Of a DNA stretch of 64,000 nt, positions 15,568-24,116 are shown one piece after another. The notes below the pieces were generated by a model, which was not told the origin of the DNA, searched no databases, and saw nothing but the letters and a program-made list of their open reading frames with translations. Origin of the DNA: a virus; the IMG/VR virus record IMGVR_UViG_3300009093_000004, positions 7,735-71,734 of that record; one strand, given 5' to 3'. The number at the start of each line of letters is the position of its first letter. Within the stretch, counting starts at the first letter, position 1. A program made the position numbers and the translations under genes.

Positions 15568-17049
15568 ATGTTTGGACTGATCGGGATGACGGACGGGTAT
15601 AAGCTGGACCATCGGCGCCAGTATCCTGTAGGAACTGAGTATGTCTATTCAAACTTCACGGCCCGGTCTACCAGGATCGGTGGACAGGACGCGGTGATCT
15701 TCTTTGGCCTACAGCGCTTCTTGATGAAGTACTTTACCTACCAGGCAATCGCTACCTTTTTCGATGAGCCTGCCAAGGCGGTTCGGGATGCCTATAGGGA
15801 ATTCCTCCGCAGCTACCTGGGAGAGCAGGCTGGTGCCATGGTCGGGACCGATCACATCATGGCTCTGCACAAGCTGGGCTATCTACCCCTGGAAATCCGG
15901 GCCCTCCCGGAAGGGACGGCCGTTCCCTATCGGGTCCCGATGCTCACTATCGAGAACACCCACCCAGATTTCTTCTGGCTGACCAACTACTTCGAGACCT
16001 TACTCTCGTGCAACCTGTGGCTCCCGTGCACGTCGGCCACCACCGCGCTTCGCTACAGGAAGATTCTCACCCACTATTCCAGTCTCACCACTGGGAAAAT
16101 AGATCTGGTCCCGTATCAGGGGCATGATTTTTCCTTCCGGGGCCTCGAAGGAGTTGAGGGAGCGGAGCTATCTGGGGCAGGACATCTTCTCTCCTTCCTG
16201 GGTACGGACTGCATCCCCGCCATCCAGATGCTTAAGGAGGATTACTTCGGAACAGGAACTATCGGGATCTCTGTCCCAGCGACTGAGCATTCCGTCATGT
16301 GTGCCGGGGGCCAGGGAGATGAACTAGCCACATTCGCCAGACTCTTGGACCTTTACCCGTCAGGCTACATCTCGATCGTTTCGGACACGTGGGACTTGTG
16401 GAAGGTTCTGGGAACCTATCTCCCCACCCTCAAGGAAAAGATCCTTGATCGAGATGGGGCCTTGATCATCCGTCCTGACTCCGGAGACCCGGTACTGATC
16501 CTGACAGGGGATGCCTCGGCCACGCCAGGTAGCCTACAGCACAAGGGGGTCGTGGAATCCCTGTGGGATATCTTCGGCGGCGCCGTGAGCCCTACTGGAT
16601 ACAAGGTCCTAGATAGTCATATCGGGACCATCTACGGAGATTCCATCACGGTCGAGCGGGCTCAGGCGATCTGTGAGCGTCTGAAGGAAAAGGGTTTTGC
16701 TTCCACCAATGTTGTGTTCGGGATCGGTTCGTACACATACCAGTATGTGACCCGAGACACCAACGGGTTTGCTATGAAGGCCACCTGGGCTCAGGTGAAC
16801 GGTGAGGAGCGACTTCTCCAGAAGGACCCGGTCACGGATACGTCTGGAAAAAAGTCAGCTCGTGGCCGGTTGGTCGTGGTACAAGACAAGGACGGGTTAC
16901 GTCTGATCGATGGGCTCACCAAGAAGGAGCAAGAAGGGTACGGCACTGTCGATCTACTTCAGCCTGTCTGGAGGGATGGAAATTTCATGCTGGGCCGAAC
17001 ATTGACGCTCGCTGAAATACGTCAGAGAGTGGCTAGTCTGGTTCGATAA
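15568..17049 (+). CDS. nicotinamide phosphoribosyltransferase-like protein (probable NARP1 Namat)
   Basis: TDGYKLDH, HDFSFRG, PATEHSVM, SIVSDTWD, IRPDSGDP, IYGDSIT, FGIGS, KKSARG. Confidence 0.95.
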   Translation: MFGLIGMTDGYKLDHRRQYPVGTEYVYSNFTARSTRIGGQDAVIFFGLQRFLMKYFTYQAIATFFDEPAKAVRDAYREFLRSYLGEQAGAMVGTDHIMALHKLGYLPLEIRALPEGTAVPYRVPMLTIENTHPDFFWLTNYFETLLSCNLWLPCTSATTALRYRKILTHYSSLTTGKIDLVPYQGHDFSFRGLEGVEGAELSGAGHLLSFLGTDCIPAIQMLKEDYFGTGTIGISVPATEHSVMCAGGQGDELATFARLLDLYPSGYISIVSDTWDLWKVLGTYLPTLKEKILDRDGALIIRPDSGDPVLILTGDASATPGSLQHKGVVESLWDIFGGAVSPTGYKVLDSHIGTIYGDSITVERAQAICERLKEKGFASTNVVFGIGSYTYQYVTRDTNGFAMKATWAQVNGEERLLQKDPVTDTSGKKSARGRLVVVQDKDGLRLIDGLTKKEQEGYGTVDLLQPVWRDGNFMLGRTLTLAEIRQRVASLVR

Positions 17050-17072
17050 CTAACAAAACGAAAGGAGGGTTT

Positions 17073-17408
17073 ATGATCCGCATGATCACCGTTCTCATGA
17101 TGCTAAGTGTCACCACTGCACAAGCCCTGGCACCACTCCAGATACCGACACCACAGCAGCTGGGTGTTTCCATCTGCGTAGGAGGAAGTCCGTACGTCGC
17201 CTACCAGATAACAGGTACTTCGGCACAGGGATTCACCACCGGCCTTGCGTTTGAACAGGTCAAGTGCAGCACCACCGGCTACCATGCCGGCTGCGCCTTG
17301 GTCTACTGGGATCCCGCCACCGGGATAGTCCAGTCCATTGACCTTCTCTACACCACGACGGGCCGACTCCCGGCTAGTGCCGATTCCTGCCTGAACCCTA
17401 TAGGGTGA
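17073..17408 (+). CDS. secreted/periplasmic protein with 4 Cys
   Basis: Signal peptide ending AQA; AAGGAGG RBS. Confidence 0.7.
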   Translation: MIRMITVLMMLSVTTAQALAPLQIPTPQQLGVSICVGGSPYVAYQITGTSAQGFTTGLAFEQVKCSTTGYHAGCALVYWDPATGIVQSIDLLYTTTGRLPASADSCLNPIG

Positions 17409-17463
17409 AAGCCACGCTGGACGCTTGAAGAGCGGTGTGTCCAGTAGAAGATCGACGCTCAAA

Positions 17464-17476
17464 TATCAACAACTTG
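17464..17476 (+). promoter_or_regulatory. IHF-binding-site-like element
   Basis: TATCAACAACTTG matches WATCAANNNNTTR exactly; intergenic. Confidence 0.4.
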
Positions 17477-17489
17477 TAGGAGATCACAC

Positions 17490-18140
17490 ATGTTAGAGGT
17501 TCAAGGTCACCGTGTAATCGTCGCTGTCGATCGTTCTGGATCCATGGACGAGTCCGACTGTGATGGACAAACCCGCTATCGCTACTTGCGGGAAAAGCTG
17601 AAGGCTTTCGTTCCGGCTGCCGCCTCATCGGCCGATGGCGGAAAAGTCTACGGCGTTTTCTTTAATGCCGGCATTCATACCGAAGTGCTCATTACCGGGT
17701 CGGACGTGGACACGCAGATGAACAAGTACGGGCCAGGCGGCGGGACGGCCACTCATCTGGCTGTGGAGGCGGCTTTCAAGATCCATCAGGCGGATCCAAA
17801 AACACCCACACTGCTGTTCCTGGTTACCGATGGGCGTCCAGATTCAACGGATGCCGTGAACAGGGAAATCGTCTCCGTGACCAAGCGGCTCGATAACCCG
17901 GAGAGCTTCCGGATCATGGTGCTCACAGTCGGTCAGCGAACTCCGGAACTCACGGCATGGCTGGAACAGCTCGATGCTGAGCTGGGTCCGATGGGCGCCA
18001 AGTTCGACATCGTGGGGCAGAACAACTTGAACGATGTGGACTTCCAAGAAGCGGCTGCGGAACTCATCGCCTCCACCACCACCAACGCTCAGGCGGCAGC
18101 GGGAGACACCGCCGGTAAGGCCACCCACCGTATCGATTGA
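17490..18140 (+). CDS. vWA-domain protein (Ter-associated type)
   Basis: MIDAS DRSGSM, GGGT and LVTDG motifs. Confidence 0.9.
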   Translation: MLEVQGHRVIVAVDRSGSMDESDCDGQTRYRYLREKLKAFVPAAASSADGGKVYGVFFNAGIHTEVLITGSDVDTQMNKYGPGGGTATHLAVEAAFKIHQADPKTPTLLFLVTDGRPDSTDAVNREIVSVTKRLDNPESFRIMVLTVGQRTPELTAWLEQLDAELGPMGAKFDIVGQNNLNDVDFQEAAAELIASTTTNAQAAAGDTAGKATHRID

Positions 18141-18151
18141 TCCCAACCTTT

Positions 18152-18181
18152 GGGGCGGGACTGACACCGCCCCTCATTTTT
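18152..18181 (+). terminator. intrinsic terminator/attenuator between vWA and TerC
   Basis: GGGGCGG/CCGCCCC stem then TCATTTTT. Confidence 0.55.
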
Positions 18182-18190
18182 GGAGGAACG

Positions 18191-18796
18191 ATGTTCGTCT
18201 ATAGCATCCTGCTTCTAGGCTCCGTGATCTTCCTAGACTTGATCCTCTCGGGAGACAATGCCGTGGTCATCGCCATGGCCGCTAATGGACTTCCCAAGGA
18301 GGACCGGGATAAGGCCATCACGCTGGGGATGGGGATGGCGATCCTGCTGCGGATCCTCTTTGCCCTATTTGCCCTTTTCCTGCTTGCCTGGCACATCTTT
18401 GCCTTCCTGGGGGGATGTCTACTTCTATGGGTCGCCTACGGGATGGGCAAAGAAATGTGGGCGGAGGCCAAAGGCACGGCGGACTCTGCCAAGCCTGCCG
18501 ATGTATCGGCGGACAATCGCTTCTGGAAGGCGATGGGGGTCATCTGCGCGGCCGATGTCTCCATGTCGCTCGATAACGTCCTGGCGGTCGCCTCCTTGGC
18601 CCGCAACCACCCTTTCATCATGGGCGTGGGGTTCCTCTTCTCGATGGGTATGCTCACGATCGCGGCCCGATGGGTGGCGGATCTTATGGAAACCCACAAA
18701 TGGATGAGCTGGGTAGGGCTTGGACTGATTGTGTGGGTCGCGATCGATCTGATCGTGGGGAATTACGATGCCACTTTGACATTGATGCGGTCATGA
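18191..18796 (+). CDS. TerC/YjbE-family integral membrane protein
   Basis: DLILSGDNAVVIAMA and ADVSMSLDNVLAVA; GGAGG RBS before ATG 18191. Confidence 0.9.
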   Translation: MFVYSILLLGSVIFLDLILSGDNAVVIAMAANGLPKEDRDKAITLGMGMAILLRILFALFALFLLAWHIFAFLGGCLLLWVAYGMGKEMWAEAKGTADSAKPADVSADNRFWKAMGVICAADVSMSLDNVLAVASLARNHPFIMGVGFLFSMGMLTIAARWVADLMETHKWMSWVGLGLIVWVAIDLIVGNYDATLTLMRS

Positions 18797-19236
18797 AACC
18801 TCTCAACGCTTTACTCGATCTGGAGGAACAAGCTGAGCGATCTAAAAAGCATGTGGAGCAGATCCGAGAAACCATTACGAACCATCCTTCCTTGTTCGCT
18901 GCCCTAGAGTCGATGGATCTCAGAGTCACGTTCTCCATTCAGGAGGGTGAAATCAATCTCGGCTTCACCGGCAATGCCAACACACTGGGTCTTGTATGGA
19001 ATGTGCTTCGGCGCTATGGATACCAGCCTGGCTGCCGTCCTAATAAATCTGAACCCACGTTCTATACATGGTGGACCAAGGAAGGGGCATCCAGAATATG
19101 GATGTCTTTCAGTAGCACTGTCTGTCGGCGCGTGCAGGTCGGGACCCAGACCGTGGAGCAGCCGATCTACGAGATACATTGCGGTGAGTTGCCTCTACTG
19201 GAGGCAGAGTCTGTGGACGATAGCATTCCCTTCTGA
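18793..19236 (+). CDS. hypothetical protein ending in SSB-like tail DDSIPF
   Basis: ATGA-coupled to TerC. Confidence 0.7.
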   Translation: MKPLNALLDLEEQAERSKKHVEQIRETITNHPSLFAALESMDLRVTFSIQEGEINLGFTGNANTLGLVWNVLRRYGYQPGCRPNKSEPTFYTWWTKEGASRIWMSFSSTVCRRVQVGTQTVEQPIYEIHCGELPLLEAESVDDSIPF

Positions 19237-19246
19237 GGAGAACACG

Positions 19247-19576
19247 ATGAAAGACTGGGTACTTCACTACTGGGGCAATCCGTGGATCGCGCTCTTGCTC
19301 TATTGGTTCCCCTTGGCCATCTGCACGGTGGGCTACATCGTTCGGACCTGGCGTAACGTAAGGAAAGACCTGAGAAATCGGGTAACGAAAGCCAACTATT
19401 ACCCAACCGACACGATCGGGACCCTTATCGGGAGAGGCTTGGTCACGATCATCCCGATCGCTAATCTCTGCGCTGCAGCCTTTGACCTTGCCCCGCAAGG
19501 GTTGGGCAACTTCATCAAAGGGCTAGGGAAGATATTCGATCAACCCCTTGTTCCGGTAAAAAAGGCCCAGGAATAA
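19247..19576 (+). CDS. membrane protein
   Basis: GAGGAG RBS; two hydrophobic segments. Confidence 0.7.
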   Translation: MKDWVLHYWGNPWIALLLYWFPLAICTVGYIVRTWRNVRKDLRNRVTKANYYPTDTIGTLIGRGLVTIIPIANLCAAAFDLAPQGLGNFIKGLGKIFDQPLVPVKKAQE

Positions 19577-19585
19577 CCCTGGGCC
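19558..19585 (-). terminator. intrinsic terminator between convergent operons
   Basis: GGCCCAGG/CCTGGGCC stem with U-tract on the minus strand. Confidence 0.7.
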
Positions 19586-19639
19586 AATCACATGATGACC
19601 CAGGGGGAGGGGGGTCCCCCGGAGGGAGGGTCACTTCGA

Positions 19640-19900
19640 TTAGTCTACATTACGATGGACCCGGCGCAAGAGGGGATCTTTAGGAGTACATCCCCGTTCG
19701 TTGTTACAGCGCTTGTGGGCGAGCGCTAGGTTATCCATCGCATTGGTGCCGCCCATCTTCCGAGGCACCACGTGTTCGAAGGTCTCGTAATCCCATTTAT
19801 CGGCATCCCTGCACTGCATTGGTAGTCCGCACCAACAGCACATGTTGGCTTGCATCTTACGCAGCGTCTTACGACGCTTCTTTCGCAGGGAGGGGTTCAT
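19640..19900 (-). CDS. HNH endonuclease
   Basis: CCWCG...EHVVPRKMGGTN...NL..AHKRCN. Confidence 0.85.
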   Translation of the reverse strand: MNPSLRKKRRKTLRKMQANMCCWCGLPMQCRDADKWDYETFEHVVPRKMGGTNAMDNLALAHKRCNNERGCTPKDPLLRRVHRNVD

Positions 19901-20165
19901 CCGGGAGACTATGGGATACCTCCTCTTCACGGCCGACCAGCCGGTCTCGGTCGATCTCCACATCGATCTCGGCCACCAGCTTCCTAATCATGTTCCGGGG
20001 CGGGATGGTCCAAAGCCCCACCACCAAAAGGCTCCGGGCCAGGAAGAGGAGCCGTCGCTTGTTGTCCAGGGAGAGTTCCGCCACGATCTCCGCCTTGGTG
20101 CGGACCGATACCGTGGGCTCTTCCTGGCGCTCTTTACGGGTCTTGTGGCTTTTCGGCCGGGCCAT
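19869..20165 (-). CDS. hypothetical protein
   Basis: Internal ATG (MARPK) with purine-rich RBS. Confidence 0.55.
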   Translation of the reverse strand: MARPKSHKTRKERQEEPTVSVRTKAEIVAELSLDNKRRLLFLARSLLVVGLWTIPPRNMIRKLVAEIDVEIDRDRLVGREEEVSHSLPDEPLPAKEAS

Positions 20166-20319
20166 CCCTTCTCCATGTCTTCTTCCGCTGTGGACGCTTA
20201 CACTTTCGGCAGAACCCACAGCAGGGTATGCAGTGCTTGGTTCCAGGCATTCGGTGGCAGCTGCAATGGCACGGAACGCAATCCGGACATGTGCTGGCCG
20301 AGGCGCACCGTAGGATCAT
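20134..20319 (-). CDS. small Cys-rich protein
   Basis: 11 Cys in the first ~42 aa; coupled to the Cro-like gene. Confidence 0.5.
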   Translation of the reverse strand: MILRCASASTCPDCVPCHCSCHRMPGTKHCIPCCGFCRKCKRPQRKKTWRRDGPAEKPQDP

Positions 20320-20555
20320 CGATGTCTAACCAGCCTGGCCTTTTCCAGCTGCTTCAATCTCTTCAGGCGATAGCGCTCGTACAACTCCGAGTTCACCTCG
20401 ACGCCGGCCTTCTTGGCAAGGATCAAGGCGGCCCCCAAGGGAACCAGCCTATCCAGGCGCCACTGGTAAACCGCTGAGCGGTGTCTCACCCCTTGCAATT
20501 CCTTGATGATCGCGGGGCGAGAGCCAAAGATCTTCAAGGCTTCCTTCATGTACAT
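20316..20555 (-). CDS. Cro-like HTH regulator
   Basis: EALKIFGS...RSAVYQW...VP pattern of Cro/YdaS; divergent from promoter 20603. Confidence 0.7.
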   Translation of the reverse strand: MYMKEALKIFGSRPAIIKELQGVRHRSAVYQWRLDRLVPLGAALILAKKAGVEVNSELYERYRLKRLKQLEKARLVRHR

Positions 20556-20602
20556 ATACCATTGATGATACAGCGTTCTGCACAAAAAAAGCCAACACGC
20601 TG

Positions 20603-20630
20603 TTGACATTCACTTCTGATCCTGTACAGT
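20603..20630 (+). promoter_or_regulatory. sigma70-like promoter
   Basis: TTGACA-N16-TACAGT with CTGTACAG. Confidence 0.7.
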
Positions 20631-20636
20631 CACTCT

Positions 20637-20835
20637 TGCGTGCTGGAGACGTGAATGGATCCGAGAATACTGGCCCATGCCAGAGCTTGGTCCGACTTCC
20701 AGAACCGTCGCCGTGATCGCCCCGAAGCGACTTCGATTCTCATTACCCTGCCGATTTATCGGTGCATGCACTGAGGAAGGACCAGTAGGGGATATATCGG
20801 AAGTGCAGGGACTGGGAGTCCTGCCAGTGCGCACA
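20637..20835 (+). ncRNA. candidate ~200-nt pseudoknotted RNA with tRNA/tmRNA-like ends
   Basis: Starts at the predicted TSS; 10-bp terminal stem; several internal complementary segments. Confidence 0.6.
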
Positions 20836-20858
20836 TGAATAAACAAAAGGAGGGCTAG

Positions 20859-21269
20859 ATGAGTGACGAAGCTGTGATGGTGCCGGATTTCGCCGTTGTG
20901 GACACTGGGAAGCCCACCTGCATGTACGAGTGCGGGCGGCCGGTATCCCATGAGGGCTATGCCTGCGACACCTGCTCCGAGGAGCGCCTTCCTTTGGAGC
21001 ACCAGAGACGGGAGGGTGATACGGTTCTTCTCATCAGGAAGCGGCGCCTGAAAATACAAGGCAGCGCTGCAGAGAGCGCTGTCCTACTACGTCCCAAACA
21101 CCAGGAAGAAATGAACGAGCGAAGCAAGGAGCGTTTCAAGTCTTTAAGAGATGCAGCCACACTCATCTACGGCAACGTGACTTTCTCCAGGAGCGCCGAG
21201 GGGAAAGAGTTCTGGCTGGCTATCTACGGCATGCTCTTGGAGAAGGCCGAAGAGTTCAAGCCAAAATGA
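20859..21269 (+). CDS. hypothetical protein with Cys motif
   Basis: AAGGAGG RBS. Confidence 0.7.
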   Translation: MSDEAVMVPDFAVVDTGKPTCMYECGRPVSHEGYACDTCSEERLPLEHQRREGDTVLLIRKRRLKIQGSAAESAVLLRPKHQEEMNERSKERFKSLRDAATLIYGNVTFSRSAEGKEFWLAIYGMLLEKAEEFKPK

Positions 21270-21550
21270 ATGAGACCACCCTCCATGAGTGTGTGACCTG
21301 TGGGCAGGAGTTGAATGTCCTACCTGGTTACAACTGCCAGCGGTGCGCTACAGCTACCTCGCAAGCATCTACTCCAGTAGTAGTACAGGAACTGCCTGCG
21401 CCACAGATGACTGGCCAGATTGAAGTGAACGCGAAGATTGTAGCGGACTCTCTTAGTAACGCCTTCTACTGGGGTGCCACCGAGGATCCAAAGGGCTACT
21501 GGTCTGATGTCCATGCCAGGCTCATGAGAATTCACTTAAAGGGGAGGTAA
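21266..21550 (+). CDS. hypothetical protein, distant paralogue of the previous gene
   Basis: CxxC pairs and a shared F...E...[FY]W C-terminal motif. Confidence 0.65.
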   Translation: MNETTLHECVTCGQELNVLPGYNCQRCATATSQASTPVVVQELPAPQMTGQIEVNAKIVADSLSNAFYWGATEDPKGYWSDVHARLMRIHLKGR

Positions 21551-21552
21551 CA

Positions 21553-22068
21553 ATGGACGCACTTGAAGAGTTCAAGAACGGGGTGAAAGAGCAGCTCGCC
21601 GCATTGCGGGTAATGCTGACAACTGCTGATAGTCCGGTGAAGCAGGTTCGTGCTATGGCTATTTTCCAGACGGATGACCGGCAGCTCCACATCGTGTTCA
21701 TTCCGGATGAGTCCGATAATTCTCTCGTGGCAAAAATCCTTCTGCACTTTAACACTCAGTTCGGAGCTACTCGTCTCTACTTACTGAGTGAAGCGTGGGT
21801 GATCTCCCGAGACAAGCCACCGCTCACCTCGGATCGTCCTCCCCGTGAGTGTGAGGATCGGCGCGAGGTTCTACTCTGCTTTGCGGTAGATCGGTACGCC
21901 GGGATGGTTCGGGCTGACCAGGAGATACATCGCAACCCCGATGGTTCGCCTTTTTTTACGGGCGAACCTTATGTTTGCGTTGTCCCGGAGCATGCCATTC
22001 CTAGCAGCTTCCCGACGAAAAGTCAGCTTTGGCCTAACGCCCAAGATTCTGCAATAAGGATCAACTGA
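21553..22068 (+). CDS. hypothetical protein (SEAW...P..C.DRRE motif)
   Basis: GGAGG RBS. Confidence 0.75.
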   Translation: MDALEEFKNGVKEQLAALRVMLTTADSPVKQVRAMAIFQTDDRQLHIVFIPDESDNSLVAKILLHFNTQFGATRLYLLSEAWVISRDKPPLTSDRPPRECEDRREVLLCFAVDRYAGMVRADQEIHRNPDGSPFFTGEPYVCVVPEHAIPSSFPTKSQLWPNAQDSAIRIN

Positions 22069-22069
22069 T

Positions 22070-22546
22070 ATGAGCAAACAAGCCTTGGTTCCATTAGGTC
22101 AACGCGAACAAGAAGTGCTGCGTCACATCAAACAAGGTCAGCGCGCATCCGAGATCGCTACCCAGATGGGCATTATGGAGAAATCTGTCCGGGCCTACGC
22201 CTCTAATCTACGCAACAAGGGGTATCTTCCTCGGCTTCCTGAAGATCATAAAGGCCGCCATCGAGATCGGCCGGTATTGACGGCGGCAGAGCTGGAGCGC
22301 CAACGTCTAGCGGAAATCCGCGAGAAGGAATCCACTGGTCTTGCCGTTCGAGAGGTTCTTCCTGAGCCCTTGCCAGAGGCCAAGACTCCAACACGCAGGA
22401 AGAGCAACGGAGGCGCGTCTATCACGACTGGCATGATTGCCAGGCAGTTAGAGGACGAGATCAAGGCTCACATGGCCAAAGGGGGCAATATGGAAAAATG
22501 GCACCGTTGGGCCTTGGTGCTGACCGGGGAGATCCTCGGAGAATAA
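22070..22546 (+). CDS. LuxR/sigma-region-4-type HTH protein
   Basis: LGQREQEVL...EIATQMGIMEKSVRAYASNLRNKG. Confidence 0.8.
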   Translation: MSKQALVPLGQREQEVLRHIKQGQRASEIATQMGIMEKSVRAYASNLRNKGYLPRLPEDHKGRHRDRPVLTAAELERQRLAEIREKESTGLAVREVLPEPLPEAKTPTRRKSNGGASITTGMIARQLEDEIKAHMAKGGNMEKWHRWALVLTGEILGE

Positions 22547-22586
22547 CACGTAGAGTTTTCTGTACAGACCTTTGTAGGAGGATATA

Positions 22587-22826
22587 ATGCCGCTCACCAA
22601 AGCGCAGATCGAAGTACTCAGGCACGCCGCTGAGTTCCCCTGTTTCGAAACCACCGATGGTAAAACCACCCATCATCCACTGCTCCCCTTTAAAGGGGCT
22701 ATCGCACGGTCAGTGACTAGCTCGCTACTCGCCAAGGGCTACTTGGATGCGAGTGGGAGGATCACTCTCTCCGGTCGCGGAGCCCTACTTATTTCCCCGG
22801 AAGCCACATCTGAGGTGGCGCCATGA
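22587..22826 (+). CDS. small winged-helix-like protein
   Basis: MPLTKAQIEVL...SLLAKGYL...ITLSGRGAL. Confidence 0.55.
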   Translation: MPLTKAQIEVLRHAAEFPCFETTDGKTTHHPLLPFKGAIARSVTSSLLAKGYLDASGRITLSGRGALLISPEATSEVAP

Positions 22827-23650
22827 CAATGTACTTTGAGGTCCTTACGGTTAGTCCCGATATGGCCAATGAGTGGCTCAGGAAGAACGAGGGGAACCGC
22901 AAGCTACGTGAGTCTCGGGCTGCAGGACTCGCCCGTGCGATTGTGGCCGGGAAGTGGACCTTGACCCATCAGGCCATTGCCTTTTCCAAGAAGGGACGGC
23001 TCTTGGACGGCCAGCACCGACTTCGGGCGATCATCCTAGCCAACATACCTATTCAGTGCGTGGTAGCTCGCGATGTTCCGGAGGATGCCTTTGCGTACAT
23101 GGACGCTGGACTCCCGCGCCAGATGTACGAACGTATACGCAAGGATAAACGGCATACGTCTATCTGCTCCACGCTGTTCCGTCTGCTGCAGTCCAATCGG
23201 GTTCCTCAGGAACACGAGATGGAGCTGATGATCGAGACCTTGGGCCCTGCCATGGTCAAGATGGATCAGGTTACACGTCCCACCACGGCCAAGAACGTGA
23301 TCAAGGCGGCGCCGTTCGAGGCAGCGATCACTCTTCGAATGACGGAGGCTTTGAGAGACAAGGACATGGATCGAGCCAATCGCATCAACTTCCATATGGA
23401 AAAGTTGCGCAAGGGTGAAACAACGTTACTGCCGCCGCTGCTACAATCCTTCTACCGACAGACCGCTGAGGGTGTGAAGAATCCGGAGATCGGGGTATCT
23501 CCCAGCACGGATAAATTTGTGCGCACCTGGATTGCTTTTGATCCCGCAAAAGAGGATACAACACGCCTTCAGGTGAGCGACCACAGCACTGCAGTTCATG
23601 AGGCGCAGCAAGCCTTCCGCGAGGCGTTCGAGGGGATTTTTGATGAATAG
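22823..23650 (+). CDS. ParB/Srx-like N-terminal domain protein
   Basis: N.GNRKL...LLDGQHRLRAI motif. Confidence 0.75.
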   Translation: MTMYFEVLTVSPDMANEWLRKNEGNRKLRESRAAGLARAIVAGKWTLTHQAIAFSKKGRLLDGQHRLRAIILANIPIQCVVARDVPEDAFAYMDAGLPRQMYERIRKDKRHTSICSTLFRLLQSNRVPQEHEMELMIETLGPAMVKMDQVTRPTTAKNVIKAAPFEAAITLRMTEALRDKDMDRANRINFHMEKLRKGETTLLPPLLQSFYRQTAEGVKNPEIGVSPSTDKFVRTWIAFDPAKEDTTRLQVSDHSTAVHEAQQAFREAFEGIFDE

Positions 23651-24101
23651 CAAGATTGACCTTGACCTGCTGAAGGAAGCCGGAGAACAAGCCGGTATCT
23701 TATTCAAGAACACCCCTGTCCTGATGATGCCCTTCATCGCTAGTTGTCTGATGGTGACTTTGGAAAAAATGAGGGAGTCTGGCCAGGTAGATGCAAGCGA
23801 ATCCCTACTGTCAGCGCTATGGGCCACTGTCGATAAGTTCATCATTATGCCCTCCATTGAATCATGCCCGACGTGCAGGAGCCGTGGGAAAAGTCCTAGT
23901 GTCGGGGCTATGTACTTCGTAATCGACGAGTACTTCAAGGAGAGGGGTCATTTCCGTAAGTCCCTTGCTACATATATGGAAGGGTTTCGTCAGATCGCTA
24001 ACCCTGACATGGCCGAGTTGGCGAGAATCCAGGAAAAAGTTGCCACCCGGATAGCAGAGATTCTGGTCAATATCATCAAGGCAAAAGCCACCACCACCTA
24101 A
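23643..24101 (+). CDS. hypothetical protein
   Basis: GAGGGG RBS before MNSKID. Confidence 0.65.
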   Translation: MNSKIDLDLLKEAGEQAGILFKNTPVLMMPFIASCLMVTLEKMRESGQVDASESLLSALWATVDKFIIMPSIESCPTCRSRGKSPSVGAMYFVIDEYFKERGHFRKSLATYMEGFRQIANPDMAELARIQEKVATRIAEILVNIIKAKATTT

Positions 24102-24116
24102 GAGAGAGATAGACGC

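Noticed and set aside
17410-17489. yybP-ykoY Mn riboswitch upstream of vWA/TerC
   Set aside because: A CTGGACGC/GTGTCCAG hairpin is present but the conserved GGGGAGUA and GAGACC elements are not
20771-20804. Hammerhead ribozyme (CTGAGGA fits CUGANGA) or RNase P CR-I (GAGGAAGGACC)
   Set aside because: No stem II plus GAAA core and no correctly ordered CR-V; kept only as an unclassified ncRNA
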